This document shows positions 54,682 to 61,573 of a DNA stretch of 61,573 nt, in pieces. A program made the translations under genes and the position numbers. Where the stretch lies: NCBI GenBank assembly GCA_035693165.1, contig DASSGZ010000649.1, forward strand, positions 1-61,573. The letters run 5' to 3'. The DNA comes from Chloroflexia bacterium. GTDB taxonomy: Bacteria > Chloroflexota > Chloroflexia > QHBQ01 > JAICKM01. The notes below the pieces were generated by a model. It did no database searches, was not told the origin of the DNA, and saw only the letters and a list, made by a program, of their open reading frames with translations. The stretch's first letter is position 1; each line of letters starts with the position of its first letter.

Positions 54682-55190
54682 CCCTGCCCGCCCACGACTA
54701 CCTGGAAACCCGCGGCATCCCCCATGAGCGGCGCAGCTTCCCCGTCGAGATCGAGAAGGGCGCCGCCTCGGTGGCCCGCGCGCTCGGCTTCCGCGAGCGC
54801 CAGATGGTCAAGACGCTGATCTTTGAAACCGACCAGGGGGAAAGGGTGTTGATCATGCTGGGCGGCGACCAGAACGCCATCTCCGGCCATCTCAAGAAGG
54901 CCCTCGGGTCGCGCAACATCCGCATGGCGAGTCCGGAAGCGGTCATCGCGACGACGGGCTATGCCATCGGCTCTATTCCGCCCTTCCACTGGCAGCCCGC
55001 CGGCTTTCGCTCGTTCCTGGAAGAATCGCTGCTGGCCGAGCCGATCCTGGGCGTGGGCGCCGGGCAATGGGGCGAGGAAATCCTGATCACGCCGGCCCAC
55101 CTGATCGCCGCCACCGGCGCCCAGGTGGTGAACCTGACCGATCGCGACCGCCCTGTCGTTCCGGTGGACTCCGGCCCCGCCGCGGGCTGA
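54678..55190 (+). CDS. YbaK/EbsC-family aminoacyl-tRNA deacylase-like protein
   Basis: ATGA overlap with the upstream gene. MVKTLIFE...GYAIGSIPPF pattern. Confidence 0.7.
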   Translation: MTLPAHDYLETRGIPHERRSFPVEIEKGAASVARALGFRERQMVKTLIFETDQGERVLIMLGGDQNAISGHLKKALGSRNIRMASPEAVIATTGYAIGSIPPFHWQPAGFRSFLEESLLAEPILGVGAGQWGEEILITPAHLIAATGAQVVNLTDRDRPVVPVDSGPAAG

Positions 55191-55225
55191 CGCCTCGGCG
55201 CCGGGCCACGCAGATCCCCGTTAAT

Positions 55226-55264
55226 AAAAGAGCGCGATCCCTGTCGGGGGATCGCGCTCTTTTT
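55226..55264. terminator. Bidirectional rho-independent terminator (AAAAGAGCGCGATCCC-TGTC-GGGGATCGCGCTCTTTT)
   Basis: Perfect stem flanked by an A-run and a T-run between convergent genes. Confidence 0.85.
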
Positions 55265-55281
55265 GTGCCTGAGACCCGCGG

Positions 55282-58275
55282 TTACGGGTTGCCCAGCGCG
55301 AGGTAGACGATTTTGGCGACCTGGCCGCGCGTGGCTTCGCGTTCGGACCGGAAGGTGCCGTCGGCGTAGCCGGAGATGATGCCGTGGCCGTAAGCCGTCT
55401 CGATGTAGCTGTAGAAGGGGTGGCCGGGCGGCACGTCGCTGAAGTGGCCCACCGCCGGGTTGGCTAACGGCCAGCCCTGGGCCAGCACCACGATCTTGCA
55501 GATCTGGCCCCGGCTCACGTTGGCCGAGGGGTGGAAGGTGCCGTCGGCGTAGCCGGAGATGATGCCGTGGGCGTAGGCCGTCTCGATATAATTGTAGAAA
55601 GGATGGCCCGGCGGCACGTCGCTGAAGTGGCCCTGGGCCGGACTCGCCAGCGGCCAGCCGTTGCTCAAGACCACCACTTTGGAGAGTTGGCCGCGCGTCA
55701 TGTTGGCGCCGGGGCGGTAGGTGCCGTCGGCGTAGCCGGAGATCACGTTGCGGCACGCCAGGTAGGTGACGGGTGTGTAGAAGTAGTCGGCCGGGTGCAC
55801 GTCGCTGAAGGTGATGGCGCAGGGGCCGGGTGTGGGCGTGTGGGTGGGCGCCGGGGTGGCCGTGGGCACGCCGCCGATGGGCGTCGGCGTGGGCGTGGCG
55901 AAGATGCCGCCGCAGGCCACCGCGTCAATCGAGGTCAGCACGATGCCGTTGTAGCCGCCGGTCGCCAGCAGCAGGTGGCCATTGCTGGCGTAGGCCGCGG
56001 CCAGGGTGCGCCGCGCGGTCGCCAGCGGCGCCAGCGGGGCCCATTCGCCGGTGGCCGGGTTATAGCGTTCGCCGCTAGCCTGGGGAGTGAACCAGCCGCC
56101 GCCGAACACGTACAGGTAGCCGCCGCAGGGCAGACCGCTGTCCAGCCCGATGGCCGCCGCGCCGCCGCGCGGGGTTTGCAGCGGCGCGCCCTGGCTCCAG
56201 CTATTGCTCGCCGGATCATAAATCTGCACCGTCGCCAGGTCGACCGGCGCGGTCACGTTGGTGATCCCGCCGATGGCGTAGATGCGCCCGTTGACCGCGG
56301 CGGCGGCCAGGAAGACCCGCGCCGTCGGCATGTCGGCGCCGCGTGACCAGCGCGTGCCCGCGGGCTGGGCCGGGTCGTAGATATACACCGTGCGCGTGCT
56401 GGTGACGTTGTCCGAGCCGCCGATGACATAGAGCTTGCCGCCCAGCCCCACGACCCCGGCGCCGTAGCGCGGCGCGGGCAGCGGGTCGCTGCTGACGATG
56501 GTGGCGCCGTCGGTGGGCGGGTGGTAGGTCTGCAACACGCTCACGGCAGTGTTGCCGTTAAAGCCGCCCGGTAAGTAAATCGTGTCACCCAGCAGCCCGG
56601 CGCCCACGTTGCTTACCGGCAGCAGCAGGGACCGTCGCGGCGTCCAACTGTCGGCCCGCGCGTCGTACTCCTCGATCGGCAGGTCCATGTCGTTGTTGGT
56701 GGTCACGCCGCCCAGCAGGTAGACGCGCCCGTTGGCCGGGTAATCGACCATGGCGTGGCGCTGGCGCGGTTCCGGCAACGGGTGCCGCTGGACCTGGCTG
56801 CCGTTAAAGGTGGTGAACTGCGCGGTGCCGTAGTAGTTGCACGATCCGCTGCTCTGGGCGCTGGCCGTCACCACCACCACATCGGCCTCGCCTGCCTGCG
56901 ACGTGGTGGGGATGGTCACCTGCACCGTCACGCTGATGCCCGCGCCCGGCGCCATGACCCCGGTGTGCTGCGGCGATACCGTCGTCGGCCAGGAGTTCCC
57001 CGCGGTCGTCAGATTGAAACTGGTGGCCGTGCCGCTCTGGTTATAGAGGCTGGTGGTGTAGGTCTTGACGCTGCCCGCCGTGCCCGACGCCGACCCCGAA
57101 TCGGGCACGAAGTCGGCGCCGGTGGAGTTGAGCAGGGTGGTCAGGCGCACGCTTTCGCCCAGCGGGAAGGCCGGGTTGGTCGATTGCACCGTCAGCGTGG
57201 TGACGTTGGTCGAGCCGATGGGCGACCCCGGCGGCACGTTCACCACCACCTCGAACGGCACGCTGAGACCGGGCGAGATCACCCCGGTGTCGAGGGGAGC
57301 CACCGTCGAATGGAACAGCGGGTTGCTATCCACCACCGCAAGGCTGAAGGCGACGCCCACCGTGGCCGGGTTGACGACCCGCCCGTTGAAGACGGCGTTG
57401 TTGCATCCGGCGATGTTCGCCGTCTGGTTGCCGGGGTTGACCAGGGCCACGAAGCGCACCGCGCGGCCCGCATTAAGCGCGCTCTCCTCGAAGCTGTACA
57501 TGATGCCCGTCGTTTGCGCGTAGTTCTGGATGCCGACCGTCGCGCTCGTGCCCGTGGCGCGCAGCCCATCGACCGCGGCGTACTCGAAGTCGATCTGGTT
57601 GCTGTTTTCGTGGAACTGGATCTCAAACGTGACCGAGCCGTTCTCGTGATAGAACCCGACATTGCGCCACTCCACCAGGAAGGTGCGCGTGGGGGCCGTG
57701 CCGATCACGTCGGTGTAGACGCCGCCGGACGCCGGGCTGTCCGGGATCACCAGGTCGTCCCAGAACGGAGCGATCAGCGCCGGCGGGGCCACGGCATTGG
57801 GCAGCCGCAAGTTCGTCCAGCAATCGACAGTATCGCAGTAACCCTGCGGGATATAGGCGATACCGTTGGCGTCGAGGGTCAGCGTGAACGAGGTGCGGTC
57901 GTAGATCGTCACGGCGAACGGCAGGGTAATGGTCTGGGTCACCTCGTCACCGGTCATATCGGGCAGCACATTGCCGGCGGCGATGTAGTTGTACGCCGGG
58001 CCGTTCGGCTCGGTGTTGTCGCTGACCATGTAGCCGTAGGCGTCCGGCCCGACCTGGCGCAGCGGGGTCGCGGTGCTCTGGCCGGGCATGTCCTGGGCGG
58101 CGAGCGGCGGGCGCGGCGGGACATCCTGCGGTTTGGGCGGGCGGGTGGGGGCCGCCGCGGCGGACAGCGGGGCGCCCATGGCCGCCTCGCGGCCCCCGGC
58201 GGCGGCGAACACGGCCAGGACCAGCAAGACAGCCGCGAGGAGCATCCCGCCCCACAGCATGCCGCGATTACGCAT
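55282..58275 (-). CDS. Secreted Kelch-repeat beta-propeller protein with an N-terminal unknown domain, Ig-like repeats and three C-terminal SLH domains (a divergent SLH lineage)
   Basis: Repeated ...GG..G......V..YDP....W... Kelch-like blades. SLH FSDVPPGHPFY..GIISGYADGTF..TRGQ occurs three times. Start at MRNRGMLWGG behind GGAAGGAG. Confidence 0.85.
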   Translation of the reverse strand: MRNRGMLWGGMLLAAVLLVLAVFAAAGGREAAMGAPLSAAAAPTRPPKPQDVPPRPPLAAQDMPGQSTATPLRQVGPDAYGYMVSDNTEPNGPAYNYIAAGNVLPDMTGDEVTQTITLPFAVTIYDRTSFTLTLDANGIAYIPQGYCDTVDCWTNLRLPNAVAPPALIAPFWDDLVIPDSPASGGVYTDVIGTAPTRTFLVEWRNVGFYHENGSVTFEIQFHENSNQIDFEYAAVDGLRATGTSATVGIQNYAQTTGIMYSFEESALNAGRAVRFVALVNPGNQTANIAGCNNAVFNGRVVNPATVGVAFSLAVVDSNPLFHSTVAPLDTGVISPGLSVPFEVVVNVPPGSPIGSTNVTTLTVQSTNPAFPLGESVRLTTLLNSTGADFVPDSGSASGTAGSVKTYTTSLYNQSGTATSFNLTTAGNSWPTTVSPQHTGVMAPGAGISVTVQVTIPTTSQAGEADVVVVTASAQSSGSCNYYGTAQFTTFNGSQVQRHPLPEPRQRHAMVDYPANGRVYLLGGVTTNNDMDLPIEEYDARADSWTPRRSLLLPVSNVGAGLLGDTIYLPGGFNGNTAVSVLQTYHPPTDGATIVSSDPLPAPRYGAGVVGLGGKLYVIGGSDNVTSTRTVYIYDPAQPAGTRWSRGADMPTARVFLAAAAVNGRIYAIGGITNVTAPVDLATVQIYDPASNSWSQGAPLQTPRGGAAAIGLDSGLPCGGYLYVFGGGWFTPQASGERYNPATGEWAPLAPLATARRTLAAAYASNGHLLLATGGYNGIVLTSIDAVACGGIFATPTPTPIGGVPTATPAPTHTPTPGPCAITFSDVHPADYFYTPVTYLACRNVISGYADGTYRPGANMTRGQLSKVVVLSNGWPLASPAQGHFSDVPPGHPFYNYIETAYAHGIISGYADGTFHPSANVSRGQICKIVVLAQGWPLANPAVGHFSDVPPGHPFYSYIETAYGHGIISGYADGTFRSEREATRGQVAKIVYLALGNP

Positions 58276-58451
58276 CTTCAGCTCCTTCCAGACAGGAGGG
58301 TGGGGATGAGACCACCCGAGAGGGAACAACGACGGCACGGGTTGCGTTGCGCGGTGGCCTCGGTGGAGGCGCGGATGGCGCCGGGCGGCGCCAATTGCAA
58401 CTAGCTAGAGTATACCAAATCAAACGCGCGGGCGGGAGGGCAAACGGCGAC

Positions 58452-58477
58452 GGCCCCGGTCTGCCGGAGCCGGGGCC
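58452..58477 (-). terminator. Hairpin GGCCCCGG...CCGGGGCC downstream of the 58504..58962 gene
   Basis: 8-bp stem. Weak U tract. Confidence 0.4.
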
Positions 58478-58503
58478 GCAATGCACGAGAGGAACGCCGG
58501 AGG

Positions 58504-58962
58504 CTAGCGCAGGCCGGCGGGCCGGCTGCTCAGGCCGCGCCCGGTGCCGGCGGCGGGGCGCATCTTTTCGAGTTGTTGCGTGGTGTACTGGGCGCTGATG
58601 AACATGCGCGAGGGCAGCCAGCGGGCCAGGGCATGCGAAATCTGCGGGCCATAGGCCGCCTTGCGCAACTTCTCCAGAAATTGCGCCAGCTCCTGATTAT
58701 CCATCTCCGAGAACGCGGTCTGGTTGCTCTCGAACATCCGCTGGACGAGGCGCCAGACATCGAGCGCCTGCCGCGTATCGGTGGAGCCGTACCCGGCGAG
58801 CGCGCCGCTCTCCGTTTGCGCGAGCGCATCGCGCACCACTTCTAACCGCGCCGCGGGCCGCAGGCCGCGCCCGCCTTCCGAAAGCAAGCCCAACGCGCAA
58901 AGCTGGTTCAGGCCGCGCGCCAGCTCGCCCGCGATCACATGGGCATCCGTCCGGGTTGTCAT
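58504..58962 (-). CDS. Hypothetical protein (152 aa)
   Basis: ATG behind AGGAAGGA. Coding-like third-position bias. Confidence 0.65.
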   Translation of the reverse strand: MTTRTDAHVIAGELARGLNQLCALGLLSEGGRGLRPAARLEVVRDALAQTESGALAGYGSTDTRQALDVWRLVQRMFESNQTAFSEMDNQELAQFLEKLRKAAYGPQISHALARWLPSRMFISAQYTTQQLEKMRPAAGTGRGLSSRPAGLR

Positions 58963-59117
58963 CCGCCGTTCCTTCCTGTGCTGCGAGTGATCTGCAAATA
59001 CCCCGCGCAGCCAGCCGGCGTGGGGGGTCCGCTCTTAAGTGTAGCAGACCGCGACAAAGCAGGCAATAGCCTATTGGTACCAAGTAGATCCTAGAAATTG
59101 GCTATTGTAATTGGGCG

Positions 59118-59147
59118 TTGTAGGACCCGGTTGCAAACCGGCCCGCC
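59118..59147. repeat. Family F2 repeat copy (TTGTAGGACCCGGTTGCAAACCGGCCCGCC)
   Basis: Read directly. Confidence 0.8.
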
Positions 59148-59232
59148 GCCCCGTGGACTCACGGTGGGAACGATGCGGCGGGGCGGCTCCCACGCGGAAG
59201 CCGCCCCCGCCAGGGTGTGGTGCCGGATAGCG

Positions 59233-61098
59233 CTAGCTACCGAGCGAGCCGCTGCCTCCGCTGGAGGTCGACGGCCCCATCGACATCGATTCGCCGGTGG
59301 GCTGCTGGCCCAGGTTCATGTCGGTCGTGGAGACGGCGGGTAGCCCGACCTCCTGGCCCGGATCGCCGGTGGCCGCGCCGCCGACGCCCTTGCCCTGCTC
59401 CAGATTGCCCATAGCGCCGCTGCCGGATGCGCCGCCGGTCGGGCTGCCCCACCCGCCGGTGCCGCCGGCCATACCGGGCGTGGTGCCCCGCTCTTCGTCA
59501 ATCGGGCGCACCGACTCGTCCTGCATGCCGCCGGAGACGGCCCCGGTCGTCTGGGCCGGCGTGCCCGCGCCCACGGCGCTACCGGTCGCGCCGCTGCCGC
59601 CGGTTGTGTCGCCGGGCGTGCTGCCGGTGGTGCCGCCGGTCTGCGCGGCGGCGCTGCTGCCGCGGTCCACGGAGCCGGCGCCGCTATCCGTGCCGGAGGT
59701 GCCGGTCGTCGGGTAGGACGTGCCCGCATTGCCGCTGCTCGCCCCGCCGGGCGTCTCGCCGGGGGTTATCCCGTAGCCCTCGTAGCCGGCGGCTTCATTG
59801 GAGTAGAGCGAAGGGCCGGTCACGCCCGCCGTATCCGTGCCCGCGATGCTCGCGGTGCCGGTGGGCGCGCCCGCCCCGGTCAGGCCGCTGCCGCCGGTGG
59901 CGTTATCGGGTTGGTTGGCGCCGGCGGGCGTGTTGCGCACGGCGCCCTGTTGGCTACCCCCACCGGAGGTGGAGTCCAGCCCGGCGGCGGCCCCGCTGTC
60001 CATCGCCACGCCGGTCGCATTATCGGCGGTGGCCCCGCTCCCGGTATCGCCGCCCGCCGACCCCGCGTTGGTGTCGGAGAAGCCGGTGGCGCCCGGTTCC
60101 GGCACGATGTCCGTGCCGGCGTAGTTGTGATGCGACCCGGAGACCGGCATGGGCGGCCCGGCGCCGGCGGTTTCGTCGACCGGGGGCACGCCGAAGCCGT
60201 GCTGGGCTTCGCCGCTGTGGACGCTCAGGTCGCGTGAATCGGCGCCGATATCCCCGGCCTGCGACGGCAAACTGGCGTTGGCGCCGCCCGGCCCCATCGA
60301 TCCGATGATTGTCTCTTCGCCCGGCACCGGGGTTTCCTGGCCCATGCTGCCGCTGCGCAAGGAGCCGCCGAGCGACCCGCTGCCGGCGCCGCCGGTGGCA
60401 TATTCGCCGCCGCCTTCCGAGCCGCCCTGCATTGCGCCCGAACGCGACATGGGCGCGGCATCGTGGGGGCCGGTCGCCCCGGTCATACCGGCGGCGGCCG
60501 CCGAGGCCATGCTCGCGGCGCCCGCCGCGCTTACGCCGCTCGTGACCCCGCTGCCGCTCTGCCCGGCGCGCATGGAACTGGGGCTGACCGTGCCCGCATT
60601 CCCGGCGCCCATACTCTCACTGGTCGCGCCCTGCCCGCCGGTGCCGCCGGCCTGCGCCTGGGCGCCGGTCTGCGCCTGGGCGGCCTCGCCCTCGGTGCCT
60701 TCGGCCAGCCGCTTGAATTTCTCCAGGTCGGCCTCCACGCTGCGCGACATCTCGTGCGTCACCGTGTCGAGCACGCCCTCAAACCAGTTCGGGTGGTACT
60801 CGATCACCACCTGCATCATGGTCACATTGCCCTGCTCGGCCAGGTTCACCGCGCCCGCGTTTTCCTCGCCCTCGACCGAGCGCCACGTCACCGAGCGGTT
60901 GGGCACCAGACCCACGACTCGAGCATCCCACTCGCGGTTGCGCAGGCCCACCTTGGCCTTCCAATGATAGGTATCGTCGCTCACCTTCGTGACCGACTCC
61001 ACATGGCTCATGAAGCGCGGAAAGTTTTCAAAATCGGTCCACAGGGCATATACGGTACTGACTGGGGCATTGACCACCAGTTCTTTCTCAACCCGCAT
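59233..61098 (-). CDS. SRPBCC (cyclase/dehydrase-type) domain protein with a ~470-aa Gly/Ser/Thr/Ala-rich low-complexity tail
   Basis: MRVEKELVVNAPVSTVYALWTDFENFPRFMSHVESV.... GAGGAGG RBS. Confidence 0.8.
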   Translation of the reverse strand: MRVEKELVVNAPVSTVYALWTDFENFPRFMSHVESVTKVSDDTYHWKAKVGLRNREWDARVVGLVPNRSVTWRSVEGEENAGAVNLAEQGNVTMMQVVIEYHPNWFEGVLDTVTHEMSRSVEADLEKFKRLAEGTEGEAAQAQTGAQAQAGGTGGQGATSESMGAGNAGTVSPSSMRAGQSGSGVTSGVSAAGAASMASAAAAGMTGATGPHDAAPMSRSGAMQGGSEGGGEYATGGAGSGSLGGSLRSGSMGQETPVPGEETIIGSMGPGGANASLPSQAGDIGADSRDLSVHSGEAQHGFGVPPVDETAGAGPPMPVSGSHHNYAGTDIVPEPGATGFSDTNAGSAGGDTGSGATADNATGVAMDSGAAAGLDSTSGGGSQQGAVRNTPAGANQPDNATGGSGLTGAGAPTGTASIAGTDTAGVTGPSLYSNEAAGYEGYGITPGETPGGASSGNAGTSYPTTGTSGTDSGAGSVDRGSSAAAQTGGTTGSTPGDTTGGSGATGSAVGAGTPAQTTGAVSGGMQDESVRPIDEERGTTPGMAGGTGGWGSPTGGASGSGAMGNLEQGKGVGGAATGDPGQEVGLPAVSTTDMNLGQQPTGESMSMGPSTSSGGSGSLGS

Positions 61099-61242
61099 TT
61101 GGAACCTCCTCGTTCAGTTTGGCAGGTGCCGTCTCCGGCCAGTGCCCTCTGCGGAAGGTCGCCCACCGGCGGCATGCCCGCGTCACTGGCCCTGATGCCG
61201 CCGTGTGAGCAAGAAACATGCCTATCCGAGTGCTGAGTACAA

Positions 61243-61272
61243 GTGGTCAGCGGTCAGTGGTCAGTGGTCAGC
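61243..61272. repeat. Heptanucleotide tandem array (GGTCAGY)n, family F4, overlapping the 3' end of the GNAT gene
   Basis: GTGGTCAGCGGTCAGTGGTCAGTGGTCAGC read directly. Confidence 0.85.
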
Positions 61273-61573
61273 GCGGCGAAGGATTCGCGAGTGATGGCGT
61301 AGCGGGCTACGCCGAGGCCGTAGTGCTGGGCGAGACCCTGGTATTCCATGCCGAGCTTTTCCATGACGCGGGTGGAGGCGCGGTTGGTGGGGACGGCCAC
61401 GGCGACGATGCGCGGCAGGTGCAGTTGCTCGAAGCCGAAGTGCAGGCAGGCGCGCGCCGCCTCGGTCGCCAGGCCCTGACCCCAGTACGGCTCGTCAAGC
61501 AGGTAGGCCACCTCGACCTCGTCCGTCTCCTCCAGCGGGAACAGCCCGGCCTGCCCGATCAGCGCGCCGGTCG
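61254..61573 (-). CDS. GNAT-family N-acetyltransferase (RimJ/RimL-like), 5'-truncated by the window edge
   Basis: ...VAYLLDEPYWGQGLATEAARACLHFGFEQLHLPRIVAVAVPTNRASTRVMEKLGM. The frame stays open to the window end. Confidence 0.8.
   Translation of the reverse strand, partial: TGALIGQAGLFPLEETDEVEVAYLLDEPYWGQGLATEAARACLHFGFEQLHLPRIVAVAVPTNRASTRVMEKLGMEYQGLAQHYGLGVARYAITRESFAALTTDH

Noticed and set aside
59064-59107. An 8-bp inverted repeat CAATAGCC...GGCTATTG upstream of a TTGCCT-17-TACACT promoter-like pair for the 58504..58962 gene.
   Set aside because: The arms are short, it is a single occurrence, and the promoter hexamers are weak. This is not enough to call an operator.

Overview
61.6 kb, very GC-rich (about two-thirds G+C by eye, not computed). 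By motif recognition it looks like a filamentous Chloroflexota-type chromosome; that placement is an inference, not a search result. I call about 45 protein genes, one tmRNA, several near-consensus sigma70-type promoters and hairpin terminators, and five families of short intergenic repeats.

Content, left to right:
- A cell-surface block at 1.2-13.6 kb: three tandem paralogous ~1,000-1,140 aa secreted proteins with C-terminal triple SLH anchors, plus one more secreted Thr/Pro-tailed protein.
- A low-GC islet with two small membrane proteins.
- Housekeeping genes: LLM oxidoreductase, OsmC, smpB plus tmRNA, thioredoxin-like, DinB, two aminotransferases, selB, XPB-like helicase, purA, ndk, rny, spoVS, PHP, YbaK.
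- Two further SLH-anchored proteins: an S8 protease and a Kelch-repeat protein.

The most unusual locus is 33.3-47.8 kb. It is a tightly packed same-strand cluster behind a consensus promoter, in the order Mre11/SbcD-like nuclease (no SbcC), a 3,166-aa protein, a V4R-domain protein, a Roadblock/LC7 protein, ndk, and a GT39-like glycosyltransferase. The 3,166-aa protein has TPR-like ends around about 2,800 aa of acidic Ala/Pro/Glu-rich low complexity. By manual count it carries more than 40 F-x-F motifs (QPFDFGAP, EPFAFE and variants) and about 14 P-x-W-[LM] motifs. I do not recognise it as a described system. My working hypothesis is a multivalent scaffold coupled to a small-GTPase-style regulatory pair.

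All domain calls come from reading the translated ORFs. No alignments, HMM searches or folding were run.
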